Source of the DNA: Bacillota bacterium | GTDB lineage: Bacteria > Bacillota > Clostridia > Christensenellales > CAG-138 | Direction: 5' to 3' | Length of the DNA stretch: 64,000 nt | Assembly: GCA_023435025.1 (NCBI GenBank) | Contig: JAEYSE010000020.1 | Coordinates: forward strand, 16,189 to 80,188 | Part shown: positions 9,262 to 17,938 of the stretch, one piece after another | Layout: every line of letters starts with the position of its first letter | How positions within the stretch are numbered: position 1 is the stretch's first letter | Translations under genes and position numbers: made by a program | Notes under the pieces: model-generated | Database searches by the model: none | Told to the model about the DNA's origin: nothing | What the model saw: the letters and a program-made list of their open reading frames with translations, nothing else

Positions 9262-10022
9262 GCCGTCTTGTTTTCCGCCTCGCGCAGCATTTTCAATATG
9301 GGATATACGTCGTAAATCTCGTTGAGCCTGTAGTCCGGCTGAACGCCGTCCGTACGGGCGTCCCGGTCCGCGGTAAGGAACGAGTCGATTTGCAGCGTAA
9401 GGCCAAACCCGGCGTTTTTGGCGCCTATGACGTCCCGGGATATGGTATCCCCGACATAGGCGCAGTTCTCGGCTTTTGCGCGCATCTGATGAAGCGCTAT
9501 CAAGAATATATTGGAGTTGGGCTTGCGGTAGCCAACTACGCTCGAAAGCGTGACGTCCTCAAAATAAGAGCGAATTCCGTATTCCTCCAGCGTCTCGAAC
9601 ACCTGAAACATGCTGGCGGTGTTGCTGATAACGCCCATCCGCATTCCCATTTCCCGCAGGCCTTCGAGCATTTCCTTTACGCCCGGGCGCATTTTGCGCG
9701 TATAATATGTGATTTCCCACATATAGGCCAGTTCCTCGGAAATGGAAGCCAGTTTCTTCTTATCCACAGGTAAAAAGGGCAAAGCGTATTCCGGCCAGAT
9801 CTGATCGGGTTTTAACTCGACACATGTTTGTTCGCCTAGGATTTTATACCGCTTCATGCCGGCAGATACTTCCGCCCAAAGCGCCGCATCGTCCATAGAC
9901 AGGCAGATGTCATACTTTTGAAGGATACGGCGTATCCCCTTTGCGGTTTCCGCCATCGTTTTTTCGTCGCTGTAGATTTCCTCGAGCGTACCGCCCATGT
10001 CGAACAAGACAGTATCGATCAT
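9258..10022 (-). CDS. HAD-superfamily hydrolase (subfamily IA-like), motif I DxGxT
   Basis: Motif I LFDMGGTL, motif II VISNT, motif III RKPN, motif IV VGDTISRDVIGAKNAGFG. RBS AAGGAG. Confidence 0.85.
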   Translation of the reverse strand: MIDTVLFDMGGTLEEIYSDEKTMAETAKGIRRILQKYDICLSMDDAALWAEVSAGMKRYKILGEQTCVELKPDQIWPEYALPFLPVDKKKLASISEELAYMWEITYYTRKMRPGVKEMLEGLREMGMRMGVISNTASMFQVFETLEEYGIRSYFEDVTLSSVVGYRKPNSNIFLIALHQMRAKAENCAYVGDTISRDVIGAKNAGFGLTLQIDSFLTADRDARTDGVQPDYRLNEIYDVYPILKMLREAENKTA

Positions 10023-10063
10023 ACATACTCCTTTAAAAGCCGTTGTCCGGCTAACTTACATAC

Positions 10064-10546
10064 TCAATGCTTCTTTTTGTACTTTACGTACAGAAGCGTG
10101 GATACTGCGCCGCCAATCACAAGAGGCGGCAGCACAACCATGGAAAAGAGGCCTAAGAAAGTGGGCATTTCATTTTGCGTAAGGCTTACTGCAATCCCTA
10201 TGCCTCCCACAAGTGCGTAAAACAGCAAGAAGAGATAGGCGCCGGGTACGAGCCTTTTCTCCTTGACCACAAAATGTAACGAACAGCACAGCGCGGTTCC
10301 CGCGATTGCGGGAAGAACGCTTTCAAGGAACGTGGTGAATTTCGTCCCGATACGCGGCAGGAAGAACGCGTCGATCGGGTCAATGAGCATCAGGTACGAA
10401 AGCAGGTATATTGCAACGAACAGAATGCTCAGCGAGAAGGAGTAAATAAGCAGCGTGCTTTTTACCCTGCCGTTTTCGGTAAACAGAAATATGCTCCAGA
10501 ACTTATCGGCCTTTGTCTGTTTCCGGACTGCCTTTGCCTGATCCAT
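10064..10546 (-). CDS. Small polytopic membrane protein, unknown function (paralog of 1433..1876)
   Basis: About four hydrophobic segments. Occupies the same position (immediately after the binding-protein gene) as its paralog. Start at 10546 is preceded by AAAGGAAG. Confidence 0.6.
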   Translation of the reverse strand: MDQAKAVRKQTKADKFWSIFLFTENGRVKSTLLIYSFSLSILFVAIYLLSYLMLIDPIDAFFLPRIGTKFTTFLESVLPAIAGTALCCSLHFVVKEKRLVPGAYLFLLFYALVGGIGIAVSLTQNEMPTFLGLFSMVVLPPLVIGGAVSTLLYVKYKKKH

Positions 10547-10623
10547 GGATTTCAATCTTCCTTTTGAATGCGGGCGGGCAGTGCCCGCCCGCATCCGGTT
10601 TTTTTAGTTCTATGGTTGCGCTC

Positions 10624-11928
10624 TTACATATTGGGGTTCTGGTCGAGCCAATAGACCCAGAAGTCCTGAACGTCGAGGAATATGTCATACACGCCCTTCA
10701 TGTTGCCCGGTATGGCGCCGCTTTCCTTCACGGAGAACGGATTATTGGGGTTGACATAATCGTCGCGGATGGACCAGTTGCCCTGTTTGGTGAACGGCTC
10801 AAAGCCAATGCCCTGGCCGTCCGCTTCGCCCATCAGGAACCGGATGAAAAGGCGCGCGCCCGCGGGGTTGTCGCAGCCGGTTACCACATACAGGTAATTG
10901 CAGTTCTGCACGTTGGGATAGGGCAGAAGCTTCGTTACCCAATCAATGGTATAGCCGTTTTCCTCGCGGTTGGTGATCTTACCCGCAGAGCAGAAGCCCA
11001 GCCTGGGCTTACTCGGGTCGGTCGCGGCGTTGACGGCTTCCACGATTTCATCACCGTCGCCTATGAACGTCAGTTTCAGCTGCGAGAGCCTGTACAGGAA
11101 TTCATAGCCCGCGTTCTTTTCAGGGACGTTCGCGGTCTTCGTGCTGTCATAGGTATACTCTATGGGCTTGCCGTACTTGGCTTCATATGCCTGCGCCAGC
11201 TGATCGGCGTTGAGTATCATGCTGGAGTAGAATGTCAGGTAGGTGGGGTCGGCAGACAGGTTTTCGCATACGATATCATATTTCTGGTTGCCATTTGCGT
11301 CCAGTTCAATGATATCCCACCAGTTGGAGACCGGTGCGCCGTTGGGGAATGCCGTGGTGTTGTAATACCAGAAGTTCATGCTCGCATAGAACGGCATGCC
11401 GTAACCCAGCAGGCTGGGATCGATGTGCGAGACGATATCGCTGGGATAATACGTTTCAAGATAACCAAACGGGAAAAAGTCGTAGTAGATTTCGCCGTTG
11501 CCGTCCTTGCACTGCAGGACGTCCGCATTGATATTACCGGATTTCGCTTCAATCTCAATCTTGCTTACCGCTTCCCCCTGGTCCAGGTCGATGGCTTCGG
11601 CGGTCAGCCCCGGGTATGCTTCCATGAACGTATCACAGGTTTTCTGCATGCGGCTGGAAATGGTATAGACGGTTACCTTGCCGCCCTCCTTTTTTGCCTG
11701 CTCATAGAGCTCTGCCGATGTCATGTTGTTCCATTTGTCATCGGTAACCACATTGGAGTCAGTCGCCTCGGGCGCGGCGGTAGCTTCGGCGGCAGGGGCT
11801 GCTGGGGCTGCGGGCGCTGCGGGTTCCGGAGTAGGATTGCTGCTGGCGGGAGCTGTAGGCGTACATCCTACCAATGCCAATGTGCAAACCATTAATACAA
11901 CCAGGGTAAGCGTGAGCAGTTTCTTCAT
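10624..11928 (-). CDS. ABC importer substrate-binding lipoprotein, FbpA/AfuA-like class (cassette 2)
   Basis: MKKLLTLTLVVLMVCTLALVGC lipobox, PAAPAAPAAPAA linker, KVTVYTISS... fold. Start trimmed to 11928 (RBS GAAAGGAG). Confidence 0.8.
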   Translation of the reverse strand: MKKLLTLTLVVLMVCTLALVGCTPTAPASSNPTPEPAAPAAPAAPAAEATAAPEATDSNVVTDDKWNNMTSAELYEQAKKEGGKVTVYTISSRMQKTCDTFMEAYPGLTAEAIDLDQGEAVSKIEIEAKSGNINADVLQCKDGNGEIYYDFFPFGYLETYYPSDIVSHIDPSLLGYGMPFYASMNFWYYNTTAFPNGAPVSNWWDIIELDANGNQKYDIVCENLSADPTYLTFYSSMILNADQLAQAYEAKYGKPIEYTYDSTKTANVPEKNAGYEFLYRLSQLKLTFIGDGDEIVEAVNAATDPSKPRLGFCSAGKITNREENGYTIDWVTKLLPYPNVQNCNYLYVVTGCDNPAGARLFIRFLMGEADGQGIGFEPFTKQGNWSIRDDYVNPNNPFSVKESGAIPGNMKGVYDIFLDVQDFWVYWLDQNPNM

Positions 11929-11962
11929 GGCTGTTCTCCTTTCAGTTATATAAACCCTGCGG

Positions 11963-13081
11963 TTATACCGCAAGCTTGATAAGCTTCCCGCATGCCTTGT
12001 CATAAACATTGAGCTTTCCGGGATCTATAACCAAGCGCACCTTTTCGTTGATTTGGTAGTCCATGATGCCGATCTGCTTGGAAAGGAATTCGGCGTTGCC
12101 TACGGTCAACGTAACCAGCGTTTCGGAGCCTGCGGGCTGGCTGGCGTAGATGCTTGCCTCTATCCCGTCGCCGGTGCCGCCCCGCTCAATACGTACCTGC
12201 TCGGGGCGCAGGCCGAACACGCAGGGGAACTCTCCGGAAGGCAGGGGCACATCCGACATGTCCTTTTTGCAGTAGCGGAACGTGCCAATCGCGCAGGCGG
12301 CGGTCAGATGATCGCCGTCGTAGGACGCGGTCCCCTGAAGGAAATTGATGCGGGGGTTGCCGATGAAGTCTGCCGCCATCAGGGTGCCGGGGTTCATATA
12401 CAGATCCAGCGGCGTTGCGACCTGGGCCAGTACACCCTCGGAATACAGCGCGATCTTGGTGGACATCGTAAGCGCCTCCACCTGGTCGTGCGTGACATAT
12501 ATGATGGTGGTACCCATTTCGTTGTGCAGACGCTTCAATTCGGAACGCATGTCGATGCGCAGCTTGGCGTCCAGGTTAGATAGCGGTTCGTCCAATAGCA
12601 GCAGCTTCGGCTCGGAAGCGATGGCGCGGGCGATCGCCACGCGCTGCTGCTGGCCGCCGGAAAGCTCGTTGGGGTACCGCTTTTCGAATTCGCCGATCCG
12701 CATCATTTCCAGCGCTCTTTTGACCATCTTGTCAATTTGGCTGGCGGACATTTTTTTAATCTTCAGGCCGAACGCCACGTTCTCGTATACCGTCATATGC
12801 GGCCAAAGGGCATAGCTTTGGAACACAAGGTTGAGCTCGCGTTTGCTCGGCTCCTCAAAATAGGCGAGGTCGCAGTTGATAACCTCCCGCCCGTCCATGC
12901 GCATAATGCCGTTCTGCGGCTTTTCAAGCCCCGAAACCACGCGCAGCGTGGTCGTCTTTCCGCAGCCTGACGGCCCCAATAGCGTCATGAAGTCTCCGTC
13001 TTCGATCGTCAGGGACAAATCCTTTAATACATGGTTGTCGCCGAAATACTTGTCAATATGCTCCAGTTCGATTCTACTCAT
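11963..13081 (-). CDS. ABC importer ATP-binding protein, cassette 2
   Basis: Walker A GPSGCGKTT, LSGGQQQR, LLLDEPLSNLD. High identity to 3351..4478 along the full length. Confidence 0.92.
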   Translation of the reverse strand: MSRIELEHIDKYFGDNHVLKDLSLTIEDGDFMTLLGPSGCGKTTTLRVVSGLEKPQNGIMRMDGREVINCDLAYFEEPSKRELNLVFQSYALWPHMTVYENVAFGLKIKKMSASQIDKMVKRALEMMRIGEFEKRYPNELSGGQQQRVAIARAIASEPKLLLLDEPLSNLDAKLRIDMRSELKRLHNEMGTTIIYVTHDQVEALTMSTKIALYSEGVLAQVATPLDLYMNPGTLMAADFIGNPRINFLQGTASYDGDHLTAACAIGTFRYCKKDMSDVPLPSGEFPCVFGLRPEQVRIERGGTGDGIEASIYASQPAGSETLVTLTVGNAEFLSKQIGIMDYQINEKVRLVIDPGKLNVYDKACGKLIKLAV

Positions 13082-13126
13082 TGCGTATTTTCCTCTCTTT
13101 CCGCATTCACAAACGGCTTAAACTAA

Positions 13127-14953
13127 TCAACCCCAGCTCTTGCCGATATCGGCGCCGCCGAATTTATTGGCAACCCAGTAAGATACCAGCACGAATAAAA
13201 GCACACATACCGAGATCGCGTCAGCCATCTGGGGGAGCGCCTCGCGCGAATATTGGAATGCGAGATACGATAGCGTACGGTTCTCCGGTGTGATCAAAAG
13301 TATAATAAGATCCAGTTCTTTCGCGATGCTGATGAATACAAGCATAAAACCCGAAAGGAAGCCCTGTTTCGCAAGCGGTATGATGATCCGCCCCATTCTT
13401 CGCCAGAAGCTCGCGCCTGCGATATCTGCGGCTTCCTCCAGCTCCACCCCGATCTGCATCATATTCGCGGTCCCCGCACGGCTTGCGAATGGGAAGTGCT
13501 TGACCACGCTTGCCAGCACGAGCAGCGTGAATGTGCCGTACAGGGATGGAATAATGCCGTGCGGCATGCTCCACATGGCGAGGTAGATCGCCGCAAACGC
13601 GATGGCTGGCATCAGGTACGGGATAAACACGAGCTGCTCGGTGAGCTTCCCATACCATTTCCCACGGCCGCGAGAGCTGATATATCCCAGGAACTGCCCG
13701 CAAAACGCCGTGATAATCGATGAGATAAGTGTGAGTTTGATCGTGTTCCACAGGCCCCTTGAGAATTCCTGATTTTTGAATATGCCCGGATAATGGCTGG
13801 TGGTGCTGGAAAAATCAGCGTCGCCAATCCAGTTGTATAGCGTCAGGTTGTCTAGCCCGTAACCTGCGCCCGTGCTTTTCTGGAACGTTTCCATGACCAG
13901 TATGAACATGGGCATGAACATGGCGATGACCAGAAACAGGGCCAGGAATATCATGATATACGGCTTGGCCTTGCCCAGCGGGATGAGAGCGTGCTTGGTG
14001 CCCTTGCCGCCGAGCGTTTCATAGGACTTTCGTGTGCCCACCAGCCGCTGGTTCGCGAATATGGTGCCCGATGCCAGAACGATTAAAAGCAGCGCCATTG
14101 CGTAGCCAAGCCCTGCCTGCCTACCGTTGATGCAGTCGTGCATTTTGGTGGCCAGCGTGAAGTAGCCGATGCGCAAGCCCAGGTTGGCGGCCACGCCGAA
14201 GGAACCCACGGATTTTGAAAGCGTCATGATGGTTGCGGATAGCACCGCGGGGGCGACTAGAGGCAGCGTAATGCTTTTTAATATCTGCAGCTTGCTTGCA
14301 CCCTGTATTTCGCCCATTTCTTCAAGTTCGCTGTTGACGGAGCGGAGAGAGCTTGAAACCATAATGTAAGAGAAGGCGTAATAGTGCAGCACCATGACCA
14401 GTATGATCGCCACCGGACCATACGCCAGCCAGTCCGGTATGGTCAGCCCCAGGCCCTCTAAAAAGCCGGGCGAGCCGCTTCTTGCGTTGCGGAATACCGC
14501 AAGCCAGGACATCGCTTTGCACCAGGACGGTATCATGTAGGGAACAATGATGCCGATGGAAAGAAATTTCTTCCCCGGTAAATCGCTGCGCACCATTACC
14601 CAGGCAAGTATCGAGCCTAGTGGTACGGAAATGAGCGCCGTAAAAAAGCCTATAATCAGGGAGTTGATCAGCGGCTTCCAGAGCGTAGCTGAGGAAAGGT
14701 TGCTCGCGAAAAGCTGCTTCCAATAATAGAGCGTGAAGTCCCCAACCTTGCCGTCCACACGCCTTAATTCACTCGCTGCGAGCGTGAATGTGGTCCGGAG
14801 CATCTCGATAAGTGGGATAACGATCAGCACAATTAACAGCACAAGGGAAATCAGCACAATCATGTTGAACGGATTCTTAACGACCTGCAGGACCTTGTTT
14901 TTGATCTTCACTGTGGACCAGGGCTTCTTGGCCTGTTTACCGCTCACGTTCAC
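13127..14953 (-). CDS. Fused two-domain ABC importer permease, cassette 2
   Basis: 608 aa, collinear with 4485..6323. Many shared blocks, e.g. SIGIIVPYMIPSWCKAMSWLAVFRNA vs SLAIIVPYMLPSWCKSMAWMAVFKNA. GTG start (14953 or 14947). Confidence 0.88.
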   Translation of the reverse strand: MNVSGKQAKKPWSTVKIKNKVLQVVKNPFNMIVLISLVLLIVLIVIPLIEMLRTTFTLAASELRRVDGKVGDFTLYYWKQLFASNLSSATLWKPLINSLIIGFFTALISVPLGSILAWVMVRSDLPGKKFLSIGIIVPYMIPSWCKAMSWLAVFRNARSGSPGFLEGLGLTIPDWLAYGPVAIILVMVLHYYAFSYIMVSSSLRSVNSELEEMGEIQGASKLQILKSITLPLVAPAVLSATIMTLSKSVGSFGVAANLGLRIGYFTLATKMHDCINGRQAGLGYAMALLLIVLASGTIFANQRLVGTRKSYETLGGKGTKHALIPLGKAKPYIMIFLALFLVIAMFMPMFILVMETFQKSTGAGYGLDNLTLYNWIGDADFSSTTSHYPGIFKNQEFSRGLWNTIKLTLISSIITAFCGQFLGYISSRGRGKWYGKLTEQLVFIPYLMPAIAFAAIYLAMWSMPHGIIPSLYGTFTLLVLASVVKHFPFASRAGTANMMQIGVELEEAADIAGASFWRRMGRIIIPLAKQGFLSGFMLVFISIAKELDLIILLITPENRTLSYLAFQYSREALPQMADAISVCVLLFVLVSYWVANKFGGADIGKSWG

Positions 14954-15000
14954 ACCTCTTTCTTTCTGGGTAGAAATTTGCCTGTATGGCGGCCTTCGTT

Positions 15001-15783
15001 TTAGTGGCTTTCATTACGATGGCTTTCATTATAGGACCGGATAATGCCGATAACCTCCGGCAGCGCTTTTATGGTATAGTCCGGCTGGTAGCCGCACCCT
15101 TCAAGCTTGCGTTCACGTTCCAGCACATGCGGCTTTGCTTCGCTGAACAATATGCGTATCATCAGGCCCCATCCCGCGTTCTTTACGCCGATGACGTCCC
15201 GTGAAATGGTATCTCCCACATAGGCCATTTCCTCGGCCTTCAAACCCATGGAATTCCTGCAAAGATCGAATATTCGCCTGTCCGGCTTTCTCAGTCCGCA
15301 TACGCTGGATAGGAGTATATACTCAAAGTAGCCGGAAACGCCGTATTCCTGCAGGAAATGAGGCGCATACGTCCTCGAAAGCGTGTTGCTGAGTATGGCC
15401 AAGCGCATGCCCTGCTCTCGTAGACCCTGCAGGCACTCGTGCAGGCCCTCTCGCGGAGCGTCTTGCGCGTGGTTACACCAAAGAAAGCTTAAGTCCTCTG
15501 AAATGGGGAACAGCTGCTCTGTTGTCGCGCCATAATCCTTTAAAAAGAAGTTACGCCATGCCTCAAGCGGGGGGATTTCCTCTACCAGTTGTTCGGAAGC
15601 ACGCTTGCGGGCATGGTCGGCTTCCGAGAGTTTTAAGGCGAAAGTCTCGACTGGGTCGGGTATGCGAACTCCTCGGAGCTCAAGAAGATTTTTGATCTTT
15701 CTCGCACAGAGAAGGTGTCGTTTCGGGTCTTCTGTCAATGTGTGAATGACGCCGCCCATATCAAATACAACTGCCTGAATCAA
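15001..15783 (-). CDS. HAD-superfamily hydrolase, motif I DxGxV; first gene of the long operon
   Basis: VVFDMGGVIHTL, ILSNT, RKPD, VGDTISRDVIGVKNAGWG. Preferred start is the TTG at 15783 (RBS AAGGCGGG, 8-nt spacer). The track ORF extends to a TTG at 15855 that has no RBS. Confidence 0.8.
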   Translation of the reverse strand: MIQAVVFDMGGVIHTLTEDPKRHLLCARKIKNLLELRGVRIPDPVETFALKLSEADHARKRASEQLVEEIPPLEAWRNFFLKDYGATTEQLFPISEDLSFLWCNHAQDAPREGLHECLQGLREQGMRLAILSNTLSRTYAPHFLQEYGVSGYFEYILLSSVCGLRKPDRRIFDLCRNSMGLKAEEMAYVGDTISRDVIGVKNAGWGLMIRILFSEAKPHVLERERKLEGCGYQPDYTIKALPEVIGIIRSYNESHRNESH

Positions 15784-15884
15784 AGAGTTCACCCGCCTTG
15801 CGGTTTGGTTTAAAGGTAGGACTGGAATGGAATAGCGGTCTGAATTATGTGACAATTAGAATGACAGTGGATTGGAATGGTTTA

Positions 15885-15898
15885 TGCAAACGATTGCG
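15885..15898. promoter_or_regulatory. LacI-family operator-like site TGCAAACGATTGCG
   Basis: Lies 20 nt downstream of the -10 of the operon promoter. It shares the TGCAAACG half-site with the sites at 22565 and 26692, and with one half of 44675. Confidence 0.5.
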
Positions 15899-15917
15899 TT
15901 AAAAATTATTTGTACTT

Positions 15918-15946
15918 ATCATAATGGCATATCTTTATTCTGTCAA
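15918..15946 (-). promoter_or_regulatory. Sigma-A-type promoter of the 13-gene operon
   Basis: On the minus strand: TTGACA (15946-15941), 17-nt spacer, TATGAT (15923-15918). Confidence 0.6.
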
Positions 15947-16180
15947 TTGCTTTTTTATGTTCAATTTTAAATAAAACACGGTTTCTCCCTAATTATCGGC
16001 AAAATACTAGTATAAACAGCTAAAACAGGACCGTTCGCGGCGTTTGTTGGGCAGGGAGCATCTCCCAGGCGGAAGGGAAGCATTGCATCGTTTGGGGGAA
16101 GATTTTTGCGGCATTTTATGCATACGTTTACGAATGTCGGTTCTTCATGACAGGGGCCCGAGGCATATGCCCGAATGTCG

Positions 16181-17938
16181 TTACCGAATTTCAAACTGCG
16201 AAGCGTACAGGCTTGCATACATGCCTCCAGCCCGCAAAAGGTCCTCATGCTTGCCCTGTTCCACGATCCGCCCATGGTCCATCACAAGTATCAGATCCGC
16301 GCGCTCAATTGTAGAAAGCCTATGTGCGATGACAAAGCATGTCTTTCCATGCATCAGCTTTTTCATCGCTTCGTTGATTTCAATCTCAGTCGCAGTATCC
16401 ACATTGGAGGTCGCCTCGTCCAGTATCAGCATGCTGGCGTCCAGCAGCATGGCGCGGGCGATGGTCAAAAGCTGCTTCTGGCCTTTTGATATATTGAGGC
16501 TGTCATCGGAAAGCAGGGTATCATATCCGTCGGGCAGCGACATGATGAAATTGTGGATTTTCGCGGCCTTTGCGGCCTCCTGCACGCGCGCTAATGTGGC
16601 GTTCTCGCTCCCATAAGCGAGGTTCTCGTAAATGGTCCCATAAAACAGCCACGTATCCTGTAGCACCATGGCATAGGCCCGCCGCAGCTGCTTGCGGGCC
16701 ATGTCACGCACATCGCTGCCGTCCACCAATATGCGCCCGCCGCTCACGTCATAAAACCGCATCAACAGGTTTACGATTGTCGTCTTGCCCGCGCCCGTGG
16801 GGCCCACAATTGCAGTTAAGGTGCCGCTTTTTACGTCCGCCGTCAAATCGTGCAGGATGTCGATATCCTGCTCATACCCGAACTTCACATGCTGCAGATT
16901 GATATCCCCTTGGGGGGAAAACGGAGCATCTTCCGCTGTTTCACCCGTCGGCTCCGGCTCCTCGTCAATCAGCCGGAACACCCGCTGTGCTGCGGCCACC
17001 GCCGCTTGTATTTCTGTAATAATATTTGCCGCCTCGCGAATCGGCCCAGAAAACTTGCGCGAATATAGAATGAATGAGGAGATATTGCCCAAAGAGATGC
17101 TGCCGGCAATATAAAGGAGCGCCCCAAACACGCTGATAAACGACAGCGACATGTTGTTGATGAAATTGACCAAAGGTCCCAAAATCCTACTTTCATAATC
17201 CGCCCGGTAGTTCGCTTCTATCGCCGCGTCGTTGCGCTCGCGGAACCGCTCGATCTGTTCTGCCTCCCTGCCGTAGGCGCGAATGGTCCTTTGGCCGGAA
17301 ATGCTTTCTTCCACGAACCCGTTGAGTTTGCCCAGCTTTTCCGAACGGAGCAGGTACAAGGGATGCTGCCGCTTGACCTGTCGCCCCGTAAACAGCATGG
17401 TAAGGGGAACCGCCGCTAAGAACACGCAGGAAAGCAGCGGGGAAATAACGAGCAGCATGATAAAGGATCCAACGACCGTTACCACCGAGGTGCAGACCTG
17501 CATGAGATCGGTGGAAAGCGACGAGTTGATTGTGTCGATATCGAAACAGACGCGGCTGATAATATCCCCCGACGGATGCGTATCGAAGTATTTCACCGGC
17601 AGATCCACCAGTTTGTGGAACACATCCTTGCGCAGCTCATAGGAAACCTGTTGGCTTAAATTGATCAGGCCCACCGAGAGCCAATAGGAAAGCGTTGAGG
17701 AAAGCGCGAAGCAAATTACCATCAGGCCGCAGTTTAGGAAGATACGGGAAAAGTCAACATTGCCTGATGTTATGCCTATGGCGTCCACGGCGCGGCCGGA
17801 CAGAAACGGAATAGCGAGCTCAAGCGCATTGGCGGCAAGCATGGCCACAAAGAGCAGAATCAGCCTACCGCGCTTGGTTTTTAAGTACTTCCACAGCCTT
17901 TTAAGGGTTGCAAATATGCCGCTAAGCCGTTCTTTCAT
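16181..17938 (-). CDS. ABC exporter, fused TMD-NBD half-transporter (consensus ATPase site)
   Basis: Six-helix N-terminal domain. GPTGAGKTT, ISKGQKQL, LILDEATSNVD, FVIAHRLST. 4-bp start/stop overlap with the upstream partner. Confidence 0.88.
   Translation of the reverse strand: MKERLSGIFATLKRLWKYLKTKRGRLILLFVAMLAANALELAIPFLSGRAVDAIGITSGNVDFSRIFLNCGLMVICFALSSTLSYWLSVGLINLSQQVSYELRKDVFHKLVDLPVKYFDTHPSGDIISRVCFDIDTINSSLSTDLMQVCTSVVTVVGSFIMLLVISPLLSCVFLAAVPLTMLFTGRQVKRQHPLYLLRSEKLGKLNGFVEESISGQRTIRAYGREAEQIERFRERNDAAIEANYRADYESRILGPLVNFINNMSLSFISVFGALLYIAGSISLGNISSFILYSRKFSGPIREAANIITEIQAAVAAAQRVFRLIDEEPEPTGETAEDAPFSPQGDINLQHVKFGYEQDIDILHDLTADVKSGTLTAIVGPTGAGKTTIVNLLMRFYDVSGGRILVDGSDVRDMARKQLRRAYAMVLQDTWLFYGTIYENLAYGSENATLARVQEAAKAAKIHNFIMSLPDGYDTLLSDDSLNISKGQKQLLTIARAMLLDASMLILDEATSNVDTATEIEINEAMKKLMHGKTCFVIAHRLSTIERADLILVMDHGRIVEQGKHEDLLRAGGMYASLYASQFEIR

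Noticed and set aside
11750-11825. Triplet-like nucleotide periodicity (GCNGCNCC... encoding PAAPAAPAAPAAEATAAPEA).
   Set aside because: It is the flexible Pro/Ala linker that follows the lipobox Cys in a binding lipoprotein. Similar linkers occur in the other two SBPs. It is not a repeat element or CRISPR-like structure.
10513-11895. Very long antisense ORFs opposite confident genes: 10513..11895+, 52477..53718+, 36481..37641+, 33273..34343+, 62199..63290-, 7657..8439+, 24372..25106+, 42750..43565+.
   Set aside because: They lie entirely within, and opposite to, genes with clear family motifs. Their translations are low-complexity (Arg/Gly/Ala/Val/His-rich) with no recognisable motifs or RBSs. 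This is the typical stop-codon-poor shadow frame of GC-rich DNA.
15856-16180. The AT-rich 325-bp region was checked for a hidden small gene or repeat.
   Set aside because: The content is explained by the strong promoter and operator of the 13-gene operon plus the 3' untranslated end of the exporter operon. The only track ORF (15967..16275-) overlaps the exporter gene end and lacks an RBS or any motifs.
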